Shown: piece by piece, positions 25,650-35,812 of the stretch | Layout of the letters: every line of letters begins with the position of its first letter | Numbering within the stretch: position 1 is the first letter of the stretch | The notes under the pieces: model-generated | What the model saw: only the letters and a program-made list of their open reading frames with translations | What the model was told of the DNA's origin: nothing | Database searches by the model: none | Program-made: the position numbers and the translations under genes | DNA from: an uncultured bacterium | GTDB taxonomy: Bacteria; Oederibacteriota; Muellerivitia; Muellerivitales; Muellerivitaceae | DNA length: 64,000 nt | Direction of reading: 5' to 3' | NCBI GenBank assembly: GCA_964392085.1 | Contig: CAYMOV010000002.1 | Coordinates: 27,314-91,313 of the forward strand

Positions 25650-27173
25650 ATGAACGAAAAACCGCCTGAAATCCTGATCGTGGGCCGGCCCAACGTGGGC
25701 AAGTCCACCCTTTTCAACCGTTTCCTGGGCAAACCCATGGCCCTGGTGGACGACCGCCCCGGCACGACCCGTGACCTCAAGAGCGGTGAAGTCGAATGGG
25801 GAGGCCGGCTGTTCCAGGTGACCGATTCCGGCGGCTGGCTGCCGGGGGATGTCGAGGACCGAATCGCGGGCCAAGTGGGCCGGCTGATCGATGAGAAAAG
25901 CCGCGAAGCCGACCTCCTGCTCTTCCTGGTCGACGGCCAACAGGGCCTGACCCCGATGGACCAAAGCCTCGCCCGCTACCTGCACCAGCAGGGCGGCCGG
26001 GTGATCCTGGTCATCAACAAGGCCGACCGCCAGGAGGATGAGACGCCGTTCATGTCCGACTTCTCCCAACTGGGGTTCGAGGACGTCGTCTCCCTGTCCG
26101 CCATGCACGGCCTGGGCACGGATACCCTTTTGGACCTGCTCTGCGAACGGCTCCCCGTCACCCGGCTCGATCCGGAGGGGGAGGATTCCCAAAAGCCCTT
26201 CAAGATCGCGGTGGTGGGGAAACCCAACGTGGGGAAGTCCTCGCTCCTAAACGCCTTGATCGGGAAGAACCTCCTGGTCGTGGACAACACCCCTGGGACC
26301 ACCCATGATTCCATCGCCGTGGTCCTCGAGCAGGGTGAACGGGACCTCGTGGCGGTGGACACCGCCGGCATCCGGGCGCCCAAACAGGTCGAATCCCGGG
26401 TGGAGAAGATCTCAATCGACCAGGCGCTGTACGAGATCCAGACCTGCCAAGTGGTGCTCTTCATCCTGGACGGGGAATTGGGCATGGCCCACCAGGACGT
26501 GACCTTGGCTCGGATGCTCCAGGAGGCCTTCCGGCCCGTGGTCATTGTGGTGAACAAGTGGGACATCCACCCGCCCGGCGCGGAACAGGCTTGGGCCGAG
26601 AAGAATGCCCGCCACACCCTCCGTTCCCTACGGTTCGCCCCGATCGTCTTCATTTCCGCCAAGACCAAGAAAAACTTGGAAAAAGTGGTGCCCCTGGCGA
26701 AGCAGGTCTATGAGGAAAGCTGCCGGAGGATCTCCACGGCGAAATTCAACCTGGCCCTCCGGGACGCCGTCAGCCGCCAAGCCCCGCCGTTCCGGCGGGG
26801 CAACCGTCTCCGCCCACTCTATGGTTTCCAGCGGTTGGGGCACCCTCCGGCCTTTGAGATCTTCGCCAACCATCCCGAATCGGTGGTTCCTTCGTATTTA
26901 AGGTTCCTGGAGGAGTCCCTTCGGACGTCGTTCGACCTCCGAAACACCCCGCTTCAACTGGTGTTCAAGGCCAAGTCCCCCAATCCCAAGCGCCCCCGCA
27001 AACCCCATTACGTGAAGACCGAGAGATCCGGCCGGACCGCCCATCCGGACCCGGAGGTGCGGCCCAAAAGTCCCGGCGGTCCCCGGGTGGAGTCGTCCGG
27101 GGTCCCGAAGACGAAGAGAGAACGCCGGAAGCGCAGCGCCCGCCCGGGCTACCGGGGAGGCCGGCCGCGATGA
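25650..27173 (+). CDS. der: Ribosome-biogenesis GTPase Der (EngA) with a basic C-terminal extension
   Basis: Two GTPase domains (GRPNVGKSTLFNR and GKPNVGKSSLLNAL), a KH-like domain, and about 70 extra C-terminal residues rich in K/R/P. Stop overlaps the plsY start. Confidence 0.9.
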   Translation: MNEKPPEILIVGRPNVGKSTLFNRFLGKPMALVDDRPGTTRDLKSGEVEWGGRLFQVTDSGGWLPGDVEDRIAGQVGRLIDEKSREADLLLFLVDGQQGLTPMDQSLARYLHQQGGRVILVINKADRQEDETPFMSDFSQLGFEDVVSLSAMHGLGTDTLLDLLCERLPVTRLDPEGEDSQKPFKIAVVGKPNVGKSSLLNALIGKNLLVVDNTPGTTHDSIAVVLEQGERDLVAVDTAGIRAPKQVESRVEKISIDQALYEIQTCQVVLFILDGELGMAHQDVTLARMLQEAFRPVVIVVNKWDIHPPGAEQAWAEKNARHTLRSLRFAPIVFISAKTKKNLEKVVPLAKQVYEESCRRISTAKFNLALRDAVSRQAPPFRRGNRLRPLYGFQRLGHPPAFEIFANHPESVVPSYLRFLEESLRTSFDLRNTPLQLVFKAKSPNPKRPRKPHYVKTERSGRTAHPDPEVRPKSPGGPRVESSGVPKTKRERRKRSARPGYRGGRPR

Positions 27174-27820
27174 ACCAAAATTTCATCTTTTGGTTCGTCA
27201 TCCTCTGGTCATACTTTTGGGGTTCCATCCCGACGGGGTACTGGTTGATGAAGTTCGGCAAGGACGTCGATATCCGCCGCCAAGGGAGCGGCAATATCGG
27301 CATGACCAACGTTTGGAGGTTCGCCGGGGCGAAGTGGGGGATCGCCACCCTGATCCTGGATATCCTCAAGGGCGTCGTGGCGGTCTGGATGGCCGGGAAA
27401 CTGGACCCCGTTAACCGCGGGACGATGGTTCTTGCCGGGCTTTTCGTGATCATCGGGAACCTGTTTCCGATCTTCCTCCGGTTCAAGGGCGGGAAGGGAG
27501 TCGGGACGAGCATCGGGGTCTTTTACACCCTGTTGCCGATCCCCAGCCTGATCGGGACGGCCTTTTTCGGGCTCGTGATTTGGAGGTGGAAGATGGTGTC
27601 CGCCGCGAGCCTCGCCGGCGTCACGGCCATGGCCCTCGCGTCCTGTTATTTCCTGGGCGCCGACCAGGTGGAGCCCCATTTGGCCCTCTTGGTCTGCCTT
27701 TTGGTCTGGTACGGCCACCGCGCCAACCTGCTTCGCCTGTTGGCCGGCACCGAACGGAGAATCGGGTCCACGCCGCCTTCGGCCGCGCCGGAACCTCCCG
27801 GGAAGGACCAACCCGCATGA
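27170..27820 (+). CDS. plsY: Glycerol-3-phosphate acyltransferase PlsY
   Basis: GSIPTGYWLMK...QGSGNIGMTNVWR...RFKGGKGVGTS motifs. 216 aa. Confidence 0.9.
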   Translation: MNQNFIFWFVILWSYFWGSIPTGYWLMKFGKDVDIRRQGSGNIGMTNVWRFAGAKWGIATLILDILKGVVAVWMAGKLDPVNRGTMVLAGLFVIIGNLFPIFLRFKGGKGVGTSIGVFYTLLPIPSLIGTAFFGLVIWRWKMVSAASLAGVTAMALASCYFLGADQVEPHLALLVCLLVWYGHRANLLRLLAGTERRIGSTPPSAAPEPPGKDQPA

Positions 27821-28818
27821 AAACCGCGGTCCTGGGGGCGGGAAGTTGGGGGATGACCCTGGCGGTCCATCTCCAACGGGTCGGTCATGGGGTGCGTCTA
27901 TGGGAAATCGACCCGACCCGCGCGGGACGCCTCCAGGCGGAACGTGTGGATCGGGTGATCCTGCCGGGTTTGACCTTGCCGCCTCCCATCGAGGTGTCGT
28001 CCGACCTCGCCCAGGTTTTGGGGGGGGTCGGCGCCGTGGTTTTCGTGGTCCCATCGCACCACATGCGGTCCTCAGCCCGACGGGCCGCGTTATCCTGGCC
28101 GGGGGGGGCCTTCGCGGTCAACGCCGCGAAAGGTTTGGAGGAGGGAAGCCTCCGGCGCATGGATGAGGTGTTGGCGGAGGAACTCCCGAAAGGAACCTCC
28201 CTCGGGGTCCTTTCGGGACCCAGCCACGCCGAGGAGGTGGCCGAACTCCACCCCACGGCGCTGGTCGCGGCGGCCCGTGAGAAGGCCGAAGCGGCCCGGA
28301 TCCAGGATCTTTTCCATGGTGATCCCCTCCGGATCTACACCTCCTCCGATCTTGTGGGGGTGGGTTTGGGAGGGAGCCTGAAAAACGTCATCGCCCTCGC
28401 CGCGGGGGTCCTCGATGGCCTGGGACTGGGGGACAACACCAAGGCCGCCCTCATGACCCGGGGCCTCCATGAGATCACCCGGTTGGGAGTCGCCTTGGGC
28501 GCCGCCCCGGAAACCTTCGCGGGGTTGGCGGGCATGGGGGACCTGTTCGTCACCTGCATGAGCCGTCACAGCCGTAACCGCCTCCTCGGGGAGAAGATCG
28601 GCAAGGGTTTGACCTTGGAGGCCGCCCTGGGCCAAATGGTCATGGTGGCCGAGGGCGTCAAGACGGCCCGAGCCGCGCGGGACCTCGCCCACGGTGTCCG
28701 GGTCGAGGTACCGATCGTGGAGCAGGTTTGCCGGGTCCTTTTCGAAGGGGTGCCGGCCCGGGAGGCCGTCAGGGCCCTCATGGCCCGGGACGCCAAGCCC
28801 GAGACCGGGGAACCCTGA
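27817..28818 (+). CDS. gpsA: NAD(P)H-dependent glycerol-3-phosphate dehydrogenase
   Basis: MKTAVLGAGSWGMTLAVHL Rossmann motif. ATGA overlap with the plsY stop. The ORF is open further upstream (27580) but homology starts at 27817. Confidence 0.85.
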   Translation: MKTAVLGAGSWGMTLAVHLQRVGHGVRLWEIDPTRAGRLQAERVDRVILPGLTLPPPIEVSSDLAQVLGGVGAVVFVVPSHHMRSSARRAALSWPGGAFAVNAAKGLEEGSLRRMDEVLAEELPKGTSLGVLSGPSHAEEVAELHPTALVAAAREKAEAARIQDLFHGDPLRIYTSSDLVGVGLGGSLKNVIALAAGVLDGLGLGDNTKAALMTRGLHEITRLGVALGAAPETFAGLAGMGDLFVTCMSRHSRNRLLGEKIGKGLTLEAALGQMVMVAEGVKTARAARDLAHGVRVEVPIVEQVCRVLFEGVPAREAVRALMARDAKPETGEP

Positions 28819-29105
28819 TGGACCGCGTGGGGCTAGCGCGGGGCCTCAAGCCGTTGGGCCTCAACCATGAACGGGCGAGGGCCGCCGTGGACGCCTTCTT
28901 TGACCAGATGGCCGATGTCTTGAACCGGGGCCGGGCCGTTTCTATAGTGGGTTTCGGCAAGTGGGAGTGGCGGACCCAACCCGCCAAGGACGCCTTGGAT
29001 CCCCGGACCGGGGCGCCCCGTCGGGTCCCGGCCAGGCGAAAAGTGGGCTTCAAGCCGAGCGAACGGTTGAAAAGCGATCTCAATCCCGGCTTGGACCCGC
29101 CGTAA
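28818..29105 (+). CDS. HU/IHF family DNA-binding protein
   Basis: 95 aa. GFGKWEWRTQPAKDALDPRTGAPRRVPARRKVGFKPS is the beta-arm signature of IHF/HU. Start overlaps the gpsA stop (TGATG). Confidence 0.75.
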   Translation: MDRVGLARGLKPLGLNHERARAAVDAFFDQMADVLNRGRAVSIVGFGKWEWRTQPAKDALDPRTGAPRRVPARRKVGFKPSERLKSDLNPGLDPP

Positions 29106-29121
29106 CCGAAAGGAGGCCGTC

Positions 29122-29601
29122 ATGGTTCCTGAGGAAAAGTTGATTTATACTATCGGCGACGCCGCACGGTTGATCGACGTGAAGCCCTATGTCCTCCGTT
29201 ATTGGGAGACCGAATTCCACCGATTGAACCCCGAGAAATCCGTGACGGGTCAAAGGTGTTACCGCGCCAAGGACCTCCGGACGGCGCTGACGATCAAGCG
29301 GCTCCTCCATGCCGAGAAGTTCACCATCGCGGGAGCCAAGCAGAAACTTGAGGAATTGGGGGAGGATGGCTTGGACCAACTGAACATCTTCGGCGCTGCG
29401 GCCCCCAACCCGGGCCCTTCGGAGTCCTTGGTCCCGGAACCGGTCGTTCAGGCGAACGCCCCGGCCGCTAAGGAAAACCCGGTGGGGCGGCCCGCCATGA
29501 TCCAAAGCGGGGAAGACGAGAGTTTGGCCACCCGGGCTGATCTAGGAGCCCTTCGCCGACTTATCGCCGAAAGCCTGGAACTCCTCCGGAAATACCCCTG
29601 A
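29122..29601 (+). CDS. MerR-family transcriptional regulator
   Basis: N-terminal HTH YTIGDAARLIDVKPYVLRYWETEF. Located immediately after the IHF/HU-like gene. Confidence 0.75.
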   Translation: MVPEEKLIYTIGDAARLIDVKPYVLRYWETEFHRLNPEKSVTGQRCYRAKDLRTALTIKRLLHAEKFTIAGAKQKLEELGEDGLDQLNIFGAAAPNPGPSESLVPEPVVQANAPAAKENPVGRPAMIQSGEDESLATRADLGALRRLIAESLELLRKYP

Positions 29602-29849
29602 CCTGAGCCCGGGAATTCCCTTGATCGGTTGGGTTTCCGCTTGAGCTATTGAACCCTTTTCCCTAAACTTGGTGTCCCTTCGGCCCCCCTATTGGGAGGC
29701 CGCTTCTTTTTGTGGAGGGACGGGGCCGGGGTGGACCCGGGGGCGGATGAAAGTCCACTTTGGAACGGATCCCAAAGTGATGGCAACCCGTCTGCGCATT
29801 GGGTTCGGGACAAAGCTGGTCTTTTTGACGATAGATCTGGCTTCTTGGA

Positions 29850-29925
<76 letters not shown>

Positions 29926-30015
29926 AGAAGCCAGATCTGTAGGAAGTTTGGGTCAAACCCGACCAAGATGCCAGAAATGGATGGGCGGGATCACCCCGAC
30001 CCAGAAGCTAGATTT
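29926..30015 (+). repeat. Three tandem degenerate copies of the tRNA-Pro 3' end plus trailer (CCCGACCAAGAAGCCAGATCT-like)
   Basis: CACCCCGACCAAGAAGCCAGATCTG, then CAAACCCGACCAAGATGCCAGAAATGG, then CACCCCGACCCAGAAGCTAGATTTAATGG. The 5' leader AGATCTGGCTTCTTGG is the exact reverse complement of the trailer. Confidence 0.7.
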
Positions 30016-30067
30016 AATGGGGAGAAAAAGCCGGTTCGTTCAAGCCGTCAAATGGTCGGTGACAATT

Positions 30068-30144
30068 CGGGGCGTGGCGCAGCCTGGTAGCGCAATTGCA
30101 TGGGGTGCAAGAGGTCGCAGGTTCAAATCCTGCCGCCCCGACCA
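30068..30144 (+). tRNA. tRNA-Pro: tRNA-Pro (anticodon GGG)
   Basis: Acceptor CGGGGCG/CGCCCCG, D-arm GCGC-AGCCTGGTA-GCGC, anticodon loop ATGGGGT, T-arm GCAGG-TTCAAAT-CCTGC, encoded CCA. Confidence 0.8.
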
Positions 30145-30187
30145 TTTTAAACCCGGGAAACCTGGGGACCGGCAACGGTCATGACAA

Positions 30188-30216
30188 CCCTCCGAGCCCT
30201 CGGGGGGTTTTTCTTT
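30188..30216 (+). terminator. Putative intrinsic terminator after the tRNA-Pro pair (CCTCCGAG-CCC-CTCGGGGGG + TTTTTCTTT)
   Basis: GC stem of 8-9 bp followed by a T-run. Confidence 0.45.
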
Positions 30217-30469
30217 ATGGATTTTTCGGCAGTTTGGGATGGGCTGGTAATCCGACCCTTCCCTCAGTATATATATGCCGACATTTGACACTTTGTCCCG
30301 GAACCCAACGTCCAATCGACGAATCCCGAATGCTGAAGATGGGACATGACCGGAGAATTGGAACCGCATGGGCCGCCGCACCCACGTTCGTAACCTCCCC
30401 AAGCGAAAACGGCCCACGATCCGCGCCCGTCGGGCCCGTCTCGCGTCGGTTCCGGCCGACTCGGTGCCG

Positions 30470-30877
30470 ATGGATCCCGAGCGGAGCGGTCTTCCTTTCG
30501 CACCGGGATGGGGTTTGTTCCTATTGCGCCTGGTGTTCGGGTTGGGCCTCATGCGTCACGGCATGGGCAAGTGGGGACAAATGGACGCTTTCACCCAAAC
30601 CATCGCGGCCCTGGGGTTTCCCTTGGCGGAGCAGGCGGCTTGGGCGGCCATGGGGTCCGAGTTCCTCGGGGGCGCCCTTTGGGTCCTGGGTTGGAAGACC
30701 CGGTTGGCCTCCTTCTTCATTGGAGTGACGATGTCCGTCGCGGTTTTCCTGCAATACGCCCAGGACCCTTTCGAGAAAAAGGAAACAGCCCTGGCGTACC
30801 TGGCAGTGGCCGGGGTCCTGTTCATCGCGGGGCCCGGGCGTTGGTCGTTGGACCGATCTGAAAGGAACCTTTCCTGA
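30470..30877 (+). CDS. DoxX-family membrane protein
   Basis: [23 protein letters not shown]...[25 protein letters not shown], typical of DoxX. The ORF is open from 30368, which is an alternative start. Confidence 0.65.
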   Translation: MDPERSGLPFAPGWGLFLLRLVFGLGLMRHGMGKWGQMDAFTQTIAALGFPLAEQAAWAAMGSEFLGGALWVLGWKTRLASFFIGVTMSVAVFLQYAQDPFEKKETALAYLAVAGVLFIAGPGRWSLDRSERNLS

Positions 30878-30879
30878 CC

Positions 30880-32292
30880 ATGACATCCCCGAATTCCCTT
30901 GGACGTATCGTGTCGCGATGCCTTTGGCTCGTCCCATTGCTGTTGGCCGGCTGTTCCGGCACCCGGGTCCGGGTGGGGGACGGGGTGGTGGAGGCGCCGT
31001 TACAAGAAGTGACCGGAGTGGATACGGCCGCTGTGGCCCGCGCCAAGGACAAGCCCGCGGTGGGCCTATGGGACGCCTATGCTTTTGCTGTGGAGCGCAC
31101 CGAACGGCTCGCGGTTGAATATGAGGATGTGGAACAGTCGCGTGCCCACGCCGAGGAAGCAATCGGGAGCTACCTGCCCCAGGTTTCCCTCAAGGGGTCC
31201 AAGGGCTACCAACAATCGGTCCCGGGCGTGGCGCCCCCGGTCCAAACGGTTTTCTTGAACGTCCATCAACCCCTCATCACGGGCTTGAACGAGGTGGCGG
31301 CTCTCAAGGGCGCCTCCCATGAGCGTTGGATGAGGATCAGCCTACTCCGTCATGACGCGGGCCGCCTTCTTCTTGACGTGGCCCGGGCCTATTACACCGT
31401 CATCCAGACCCAGGAATCACTCCGGACCGAGTTGTCGACCCAGGAAATCACCAAGAAGATGTTGGCCCAGGAACGGGTTTTCCGCGACCAGGGCCGTATC
31501 CGCCAGAGCGACCTCTTAAGCACCGAGGCCCAGTTGGCCCAGGGGGACGCCGTGGTCTCGACCCTCCAGGACCAGCTCGTGCAGGCCCGGGAGAATTTGG
31601 CCAACCTGACCGGAATGGAGCCGGACCGGGAACTGGCATTGGACGATCCGGCGGGCTTCCCGGAATATCAGGGAACGTTGGAAGACGCCGTCCATAAGTC
31701 CGGTATCCGTTGGGATGTCCGCGCGTCCTATGAGGCCTACCAGATGGCCAAGGACCAACTGCTGGCCGCCGAGGGAAGCCGCCTGCCGAGCCTTGCCGCC
31801 GACGGCGATTATTACCTCGACCGGACGGGCGGGAGCAACCCCGGTAAGTGGGACGCGATGCTGAGCGTCCAGATACCTATTTTCAACCTGGCGGGCCTGG
31901 AGGGGAAGGCGCGGGAATACCAGTCAAAAAAACGACAGGCCGCCTTGGCCCTCACGCAGGCGCTCCGCTCGGCCAAGGAGGAGATCCGCGAGGCCTTCCA
32001 GGCCTACCAGAATTCCCTGAAGGAAGATGAGGCCTACCAGAAGGCCCTGACGGCCACCCAAAAGAGCCATGACGCGATGGAGCAGGACTACAGCCACCAT
32101 CTGATGAACATCGTGGATTACCTGAAGTCGGTCTCCGACCTGGAACAGGCGGAATTGGCCCGGGCCAGGTCGCGCACCCAATGGCGCATCCAGCGCGTTT
32201 GGCTGGGGGTCGCCACGGGCGAGTTCCCGGTCACCCACGCCTTGCCGTCTGGAGAAGCTACCCCCGCCGTTTCCCCCGAGGTGAAGCCATGA
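30880..32292 (+). CDS. Outer-membrane efflux protein (TolC/OprM-family outer membrane factor) lipoprotein
   Basis: Lipobox LLLAGCSG. Two coiled-coil/beta repeats with OEP-family motifs (LSTEAQLAQGDAVVSTLQDQLVQARENLANLTG). 470 aa. Confidence 0.8.
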   Translation: MTSPNSLGRIVSRCLWLVPLLLAGCSGTRVRVGDGVVEAPLQEVTGVDTAAVARAKDKPAVGLWDAYAFAVERTERLAVEYEDVEQSRAHAEEAIGSYLPQVSLKGSKGYQQSVPGVAPPVQTVFLNVHQPLITGLNEVAALKGASHERWMRISLLRHDAGRLLLDVARAYYTVIQTQESLRTELSTQEITKKMLAQERVFRDQGRIRQSDLLSTEAQLAQGDAVVSTLQDQLVQARENLANLTGMEPDRELALDDPAGFPEYQGTLEDAVHKSGIRWDVRASYEAYQMAKDQLLAAEGSRLPSLAADGDYYLDRTGGSNPGKWDAMLSVQIPIFNLAGLEGKAREYQSKKRQAALALTQALRSAKEEIREAFQAYQNSLKEDEAYQKALTATQKSHDAMEQDYSHHLMNIVDYLKSVSDLEQAELARARSRTQWRIQRVWLGVATGEFPVTHALPSGEATPAVSPEVKP

Positions 32293-35200
32293 CCCTTTCC
32301 GACATCTCCATCAAGAACCCGGTCTTCGCCTGGATGCTCATGGCCGCGCTGATCCTGTTCGGCGCCATTTCCTTCTCCCGTATGGGCGTAAGCCAGATGC
32401 CCGACGTGGACTTCCCGGTGGTCAACGTCAGCATCACCAACCAGGGCGCGGCGCCCGTGGTCATGGAAACCGAGATCGTGGACATCGTCGAGGACGCCGT
32501 CATGACCGTTGAGGGCGTGCGCCACGTGACCTCCACCAGCCGGGAAGGGTCCGCCAACATCACCATCGAATTCAACTTGAACCGAGACATCGACGTGGCC
32601 CTCCAGGAGGTGCAGACAAAGGTGTCGCAAGCCCAGCGGTTGTTGCCGAAGGAAATGGACCCGCCGATCATCACCAAGACCAATCCCGAGGACAATCCCA
32701 TCATTTGGCTCGCGCTGACCGCGAACGACCCGTCCATCCACCCGCGGGACCTGATGATCTACGTCCGGGACGTCCTTCGGACGCAGTTCACCAGCGTCGC
32801 GGGCGTCGGCGACGTGCGTTTGGGCGGCTACCTCGACCCGAACCTCCGGATCTGGGTCAACGGTGACGCGATGTCCAGGAACCAGCTCACCGCCAATGAC
32901 CTCGTGAACGCCATCACTAATGAGCACGTCGAGCTGCCCAGCGGCCTGCTGGAGTCGGGGGCCACCAACGCCAACGTCCGCACGATGGGGGAAGCCACGA
33001 AGGTCAAGGAATTCGAGGACATCCTCATCAATACCAGGGGGGGCCAGCCCAATTACTCGCCTTTCCCCCTCAAACGGGTGGCCCGCATCGAGGAAGGCAT
33101 GGCCGACGTGACCCGTATCAGCCGGGCCAACGGCCTTCCCGCGGTGGGGTTGGGAATCATCAAGCAACGCGGCACGAACGCCGTCGAAGTGGCCCGCAAC
33201 GTGAAACAGAGGATTGAGGAGGTCCGGAAAGTCCTTCCTCCGGGCTTTGGGCTGGGCATCCGGGTGGACACCACCAAGTTCATCGAGAACTCGGTCCACG
33301 ACCTGAACAAAAACCTGGTCCTTTCGGCCCTGGGTACGGCCCTGGTCTGCTGGCTTTTCCTAGGCTCCTGGACCTCGACCCTCAACATCCTGTTGGCGAT
33401 CCCGACTTCCATTGTGGGGGCCTTCACCATCCTCTATTTCGCCGGTTTCACCTTGAACACCTTCACCCTCTTGGGCCTGTCGCTGGCCATCGGCATCGTG
33501 GTGGACGACGCCATCATGGTCCTGGAGAACATCGTTCGACACCAGGAGATGGGTAAACACCGCATCCTGGCCGCGTCCGTGGGCGCCCGGGAAGTCACCT
33601 TCGCCGCCATCGCCACGACCATGGCCATCCTGGCGATCTTCCTGCCGGTCGCCTTCATGAGCGGCATCATCGGCAAGTACCTTTTCCAATTCGGCGTGAC
33701 CCTGACCGCCACGGTCCTGCTGTCCCTGCTGGAGGCCCTGACCCTCACCCCGATGCGCTGCTCGCAGTTCGTGACGGTGGGAACGCGCACCTCGGGGCTC
33801 GAGAAGTTCGTGGAGTCCGCCTTCCACTCCATGGCGGACGCTTACCGGCGGATGTTGGGAAAAACCCTCCGGTACCGTTGGAGCGTCGTCTTGTTGGCCA
33901 CGGGGTTCTTCATCGCCAGCATCTTCCTGACTTTCTTCCTCCGTAAGGAATTCGTTCCATCCCAGGACCAGTCGATGTATCTCGTCTCACTGACGACGGC
34001 CGTCAACTCCTCGTTGGACACCACCAACGACAAGTTCGTGGAGGCCGAGAAGCTGCTGTTGAAACGGCCTGAAGTCGAAGGGTATTTCGGCAACGTCGGT
34101 GGTTTCCAGGGGGGACAGCTCAATACCGGCAGCCTGTTCGTCAACCTCAAGGATAAGGGCAAGCGAGGTATCGATCCGGAGGCACACCATGAATTGTCCC
34201 AAATCGAGTCCATGGGAGCCCTTCGCAAGGACCTTTCGAAGCTCACCGGTGTCCGGATCTCGTTTCGGGACCTTTCCACCGGCGGATTCGCCGCCTCCCG
34301 CGGATACCCCATCGAATTAGGTATCCGGGGACCGGATTGGGATACCCTCACCGGGGCGGCGGAGAAGATGAGGGCGGCCATGGCCGCAAGCGCCCTCATG
34401 ACGGACGTGGACACCGACTACCAAACGGGAATGCCCGAAGTGGATGTCATCCCCGACCGGGAAAAAGCCACCCGCCGCGGCGTCAGCATCGGGGCCATCG
34501 CGCAAACCGTGGACTTCCTGGTGGGCGGCGAAAAAGTGGGGGAGTATCCACGGGGAGACCACCGGGACGACATCCGGATCCGCCTGGAACCCGACCAGAG
34601 GTCCAAGGCCGAGCAGATCCAACGGTTGTATGTCCGCAATAACCGGGGTGAACTGGTGCCCCTTTCCGACCTGGTCACCCTCGTGACGAAACCGACCCTC
34701 CAACAGATCAGCCGGGTGGACCGCCAACGCACCATCAGCCTCTTCGCCAACGTGGCAAAAGGGAAGTCGCAGACCGACGCCATGGCCGAAGTCCAGAGAC
34801 TCGCCAAGAATATCCTGCCGCCGGGCTATTTCGCGGTCTTCACGGGATCTTCCCAAACCTTCAGCGAGTCCTTCAGCGACCTGGGGTTCGCCCTCTTGCT
34901 GGGCGTCCTGGTGGCCTACATGGTCTTGGCGAGCCAATTCAACAGTTTCGTCGACCCCTTCAGCGTCCTGATGGCGTTGCCTTTCAGCGTGTCAGGGGCC
35001 TTCCTGGGGTTGTTGATCTTCAACCAGTCCTTGAACATCTACAGTTTCATCGGTCTCATCCTATTGATGGGCATCGTGAAAAAGAACTCCATCATGATGG
35101 TGGACTTCACCAACCAGATCCGGAAAAGGGACAAGAAATCCGTCGAGGAGGCGCTTTTGGAGGCCTGCCCCCTGCGGTTCCGCCCGATCCTGATGACTTC

Positions 35201-35438
35201 CGTCGCCTGTATCGCGGCCGCCATGCCCCAGGCTTTCGCCCATGGGGCGGGATCCGAAACCCAAGTGCCTATGGCCGTGGTGGTGATCTTCGGGATGATG
35301 GTTTCCACCATCCTCACTTTGTTCGTGGTTCCATGCTTCTACAGCCTGGTGGCACCCCTGGAAAGCCGCCATGCCCATGAGGATCTCTTGGAGGAAGTCC
35401 TGGGCAACACCCTGGAACACGTGGAATCCCAAGCCTGA
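32289..35438 (+). CDS. RND-family efflux transporter permease (AcrB/HAE1-like), 12 TM
   Basis: N-terminus MTLSDISIKNPVFAWMLMAALILFG, large periplasmic loops, conserved GIVVDDAIMVLENI. ATGA overlap with the outer-membrane efflux gene stop. The ORF is open upstream but homology starts here. Confidence 0.85.
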   Translation: MTLSDISIKNPVFAWMLMAALILFGAISFSRMGVSQMPDVDFPVVNVSITNQGAAPVVMETEIVDIVEDAVMTVEGVRHVTSTSREGSANITIEFNLNRDIDVALQEVQTKVSQAQRLLPKEMDPPIITKTNPEDNPIIWLALTANDPSIHPRDLMIYVRDVLRTQFTSVAGVGDVRLGGYLDPNLRIWVNGDAMSRNQLTANDLVNAITNEHVELPSGLLESGATNANVRTMGEATKVKEFEDILINTRGGQPNYSPFPLKRVARIEEGMADVTRISRANGLPAVGLGIIKQRGTNAVEVARNVKQRIEEVRKVLPPGFGLGIRVDTTKFIENSVHDLNKNLVLSALGTALVCWLFLGSWTSTLNILLAIPTSIVGAFTILYFAGFTLNTFTLLGLSLAIGIVVDDAIMVLENIVRHQEMGKHRILAASVGAREVTFAAIATTMAILAIFLPVAFMSGIIGKYLFQFGVTLTATVLLSLLEALTLTPMRCSQFVTVGTRTSGLEKFVESAFHSMADAYRRMLGKTLRYRWSVVLLATGFFIASIFLTFFLRKEFVPSQDQSMYLVSLTTAVNSSLDTTNDKFVEAEKLLLKRPEVEGYFGNVGGFQGGQLNTGSLFVNLKDKGKRGIDPEAHHELSQIESMGALRKDLSKLTGVRISFRDLSTGGFAASRGYPIELGIRGPDWDTLTGAAEKMRAAMAASALMTDVDTDYQTGMPEVDVIPDREKATRRGVSIGAIAQTVDFLVGGEKVGEYPRGDHRDDIRIRLEPDQRSKAEQIQRLYVRNNRGELVPLSDLVTLVTKPTLQQISRVDRQRTISLFANVAKGKSQTDAMAEVQRLAKNILPPGYFAVFTGSSQTFSESFSDLGFALLLGVLVAYMVLASQFNSFVDPFSVLMALPFSVSGAFLGLLIFNQSLNIYSFIGLILLMGIVKKNSIMMVDFTNQIRKRDKKSVEEALLEACPLRFRPILMTSVACIAAAMPQAFAHGAGSETQVPMAVVVIFGMMVSTILTLFVVPCFYSLVAPLESRHAHEDLLEEVLGNTLEHVESQA

Positions 35439-35535
35439 ATGGGAAGAAACCCCGGTTGGGCCGTCCATAGGGGTGAACAACGCGGAATCCGAGGATCTGG
35501 GCTGCGGTCAGATGGGATGCAACTAGGGGGAAGCC

Positions 35536-35811
35536 ATGGGGAAGGCCTTCATCGGAGTCGTTTCCGGCCGGGTCCAGGGTGTGGGTTTCCGCTATTTCAC
35601 CAGGGACTTGGCCCAGGAACTGAAGGTCCAAGGTTGGGTGAGGAACCTCCCGGACGGCCAGGTGGAGTTCCATGTTGAAGGGCCCGAGGACGCCGTCGAA
35701 GAACTGTTGCTGCGTTTGAAGCAAGGCCCCGTCTCGGGAAGGGTGGACCGGATGGTGGGCGACTGGCTGCCCTCACCCCAAGGTTTCGGCCATTTCGAGA
35801 TCCGGCCCTGA
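35536..35811 (+). CDS. acyP: Acylphosphatase
   Basis: 91 aa. [14 protein letters not shown] and [12 protein letters not shown] motifs. Confidence 0.85.
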   Translation: MGKAFIGVVSGRVQGVGFRYFTRDLAQELKVQGWVRNLPDGQVEFHVEGPEDAVEELLLRLKQGPVSGRVDRMVGDWLPSPQGFGHFEIRP

Positions 35812-35812
35812 C

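Noticed and set aside
30096-30728. 210-aa plus-strand ORF starting inside tRNA-Pro(GGG)
   Set aside because: It overlaps a tRNA and its terminator, has a low-complexity translation, and the DoxX gene in another frame explains the downstream part.
30880-35438. Searched for a membrane-fusion protein gene in the outer-membrane-factor/RND locus
   Set aside because: No ORF with HlyD/AcrA-like coiled-coil plus lipoyl features was found between or beside the two genes. The absence is reported as a finding rather than an annotation.
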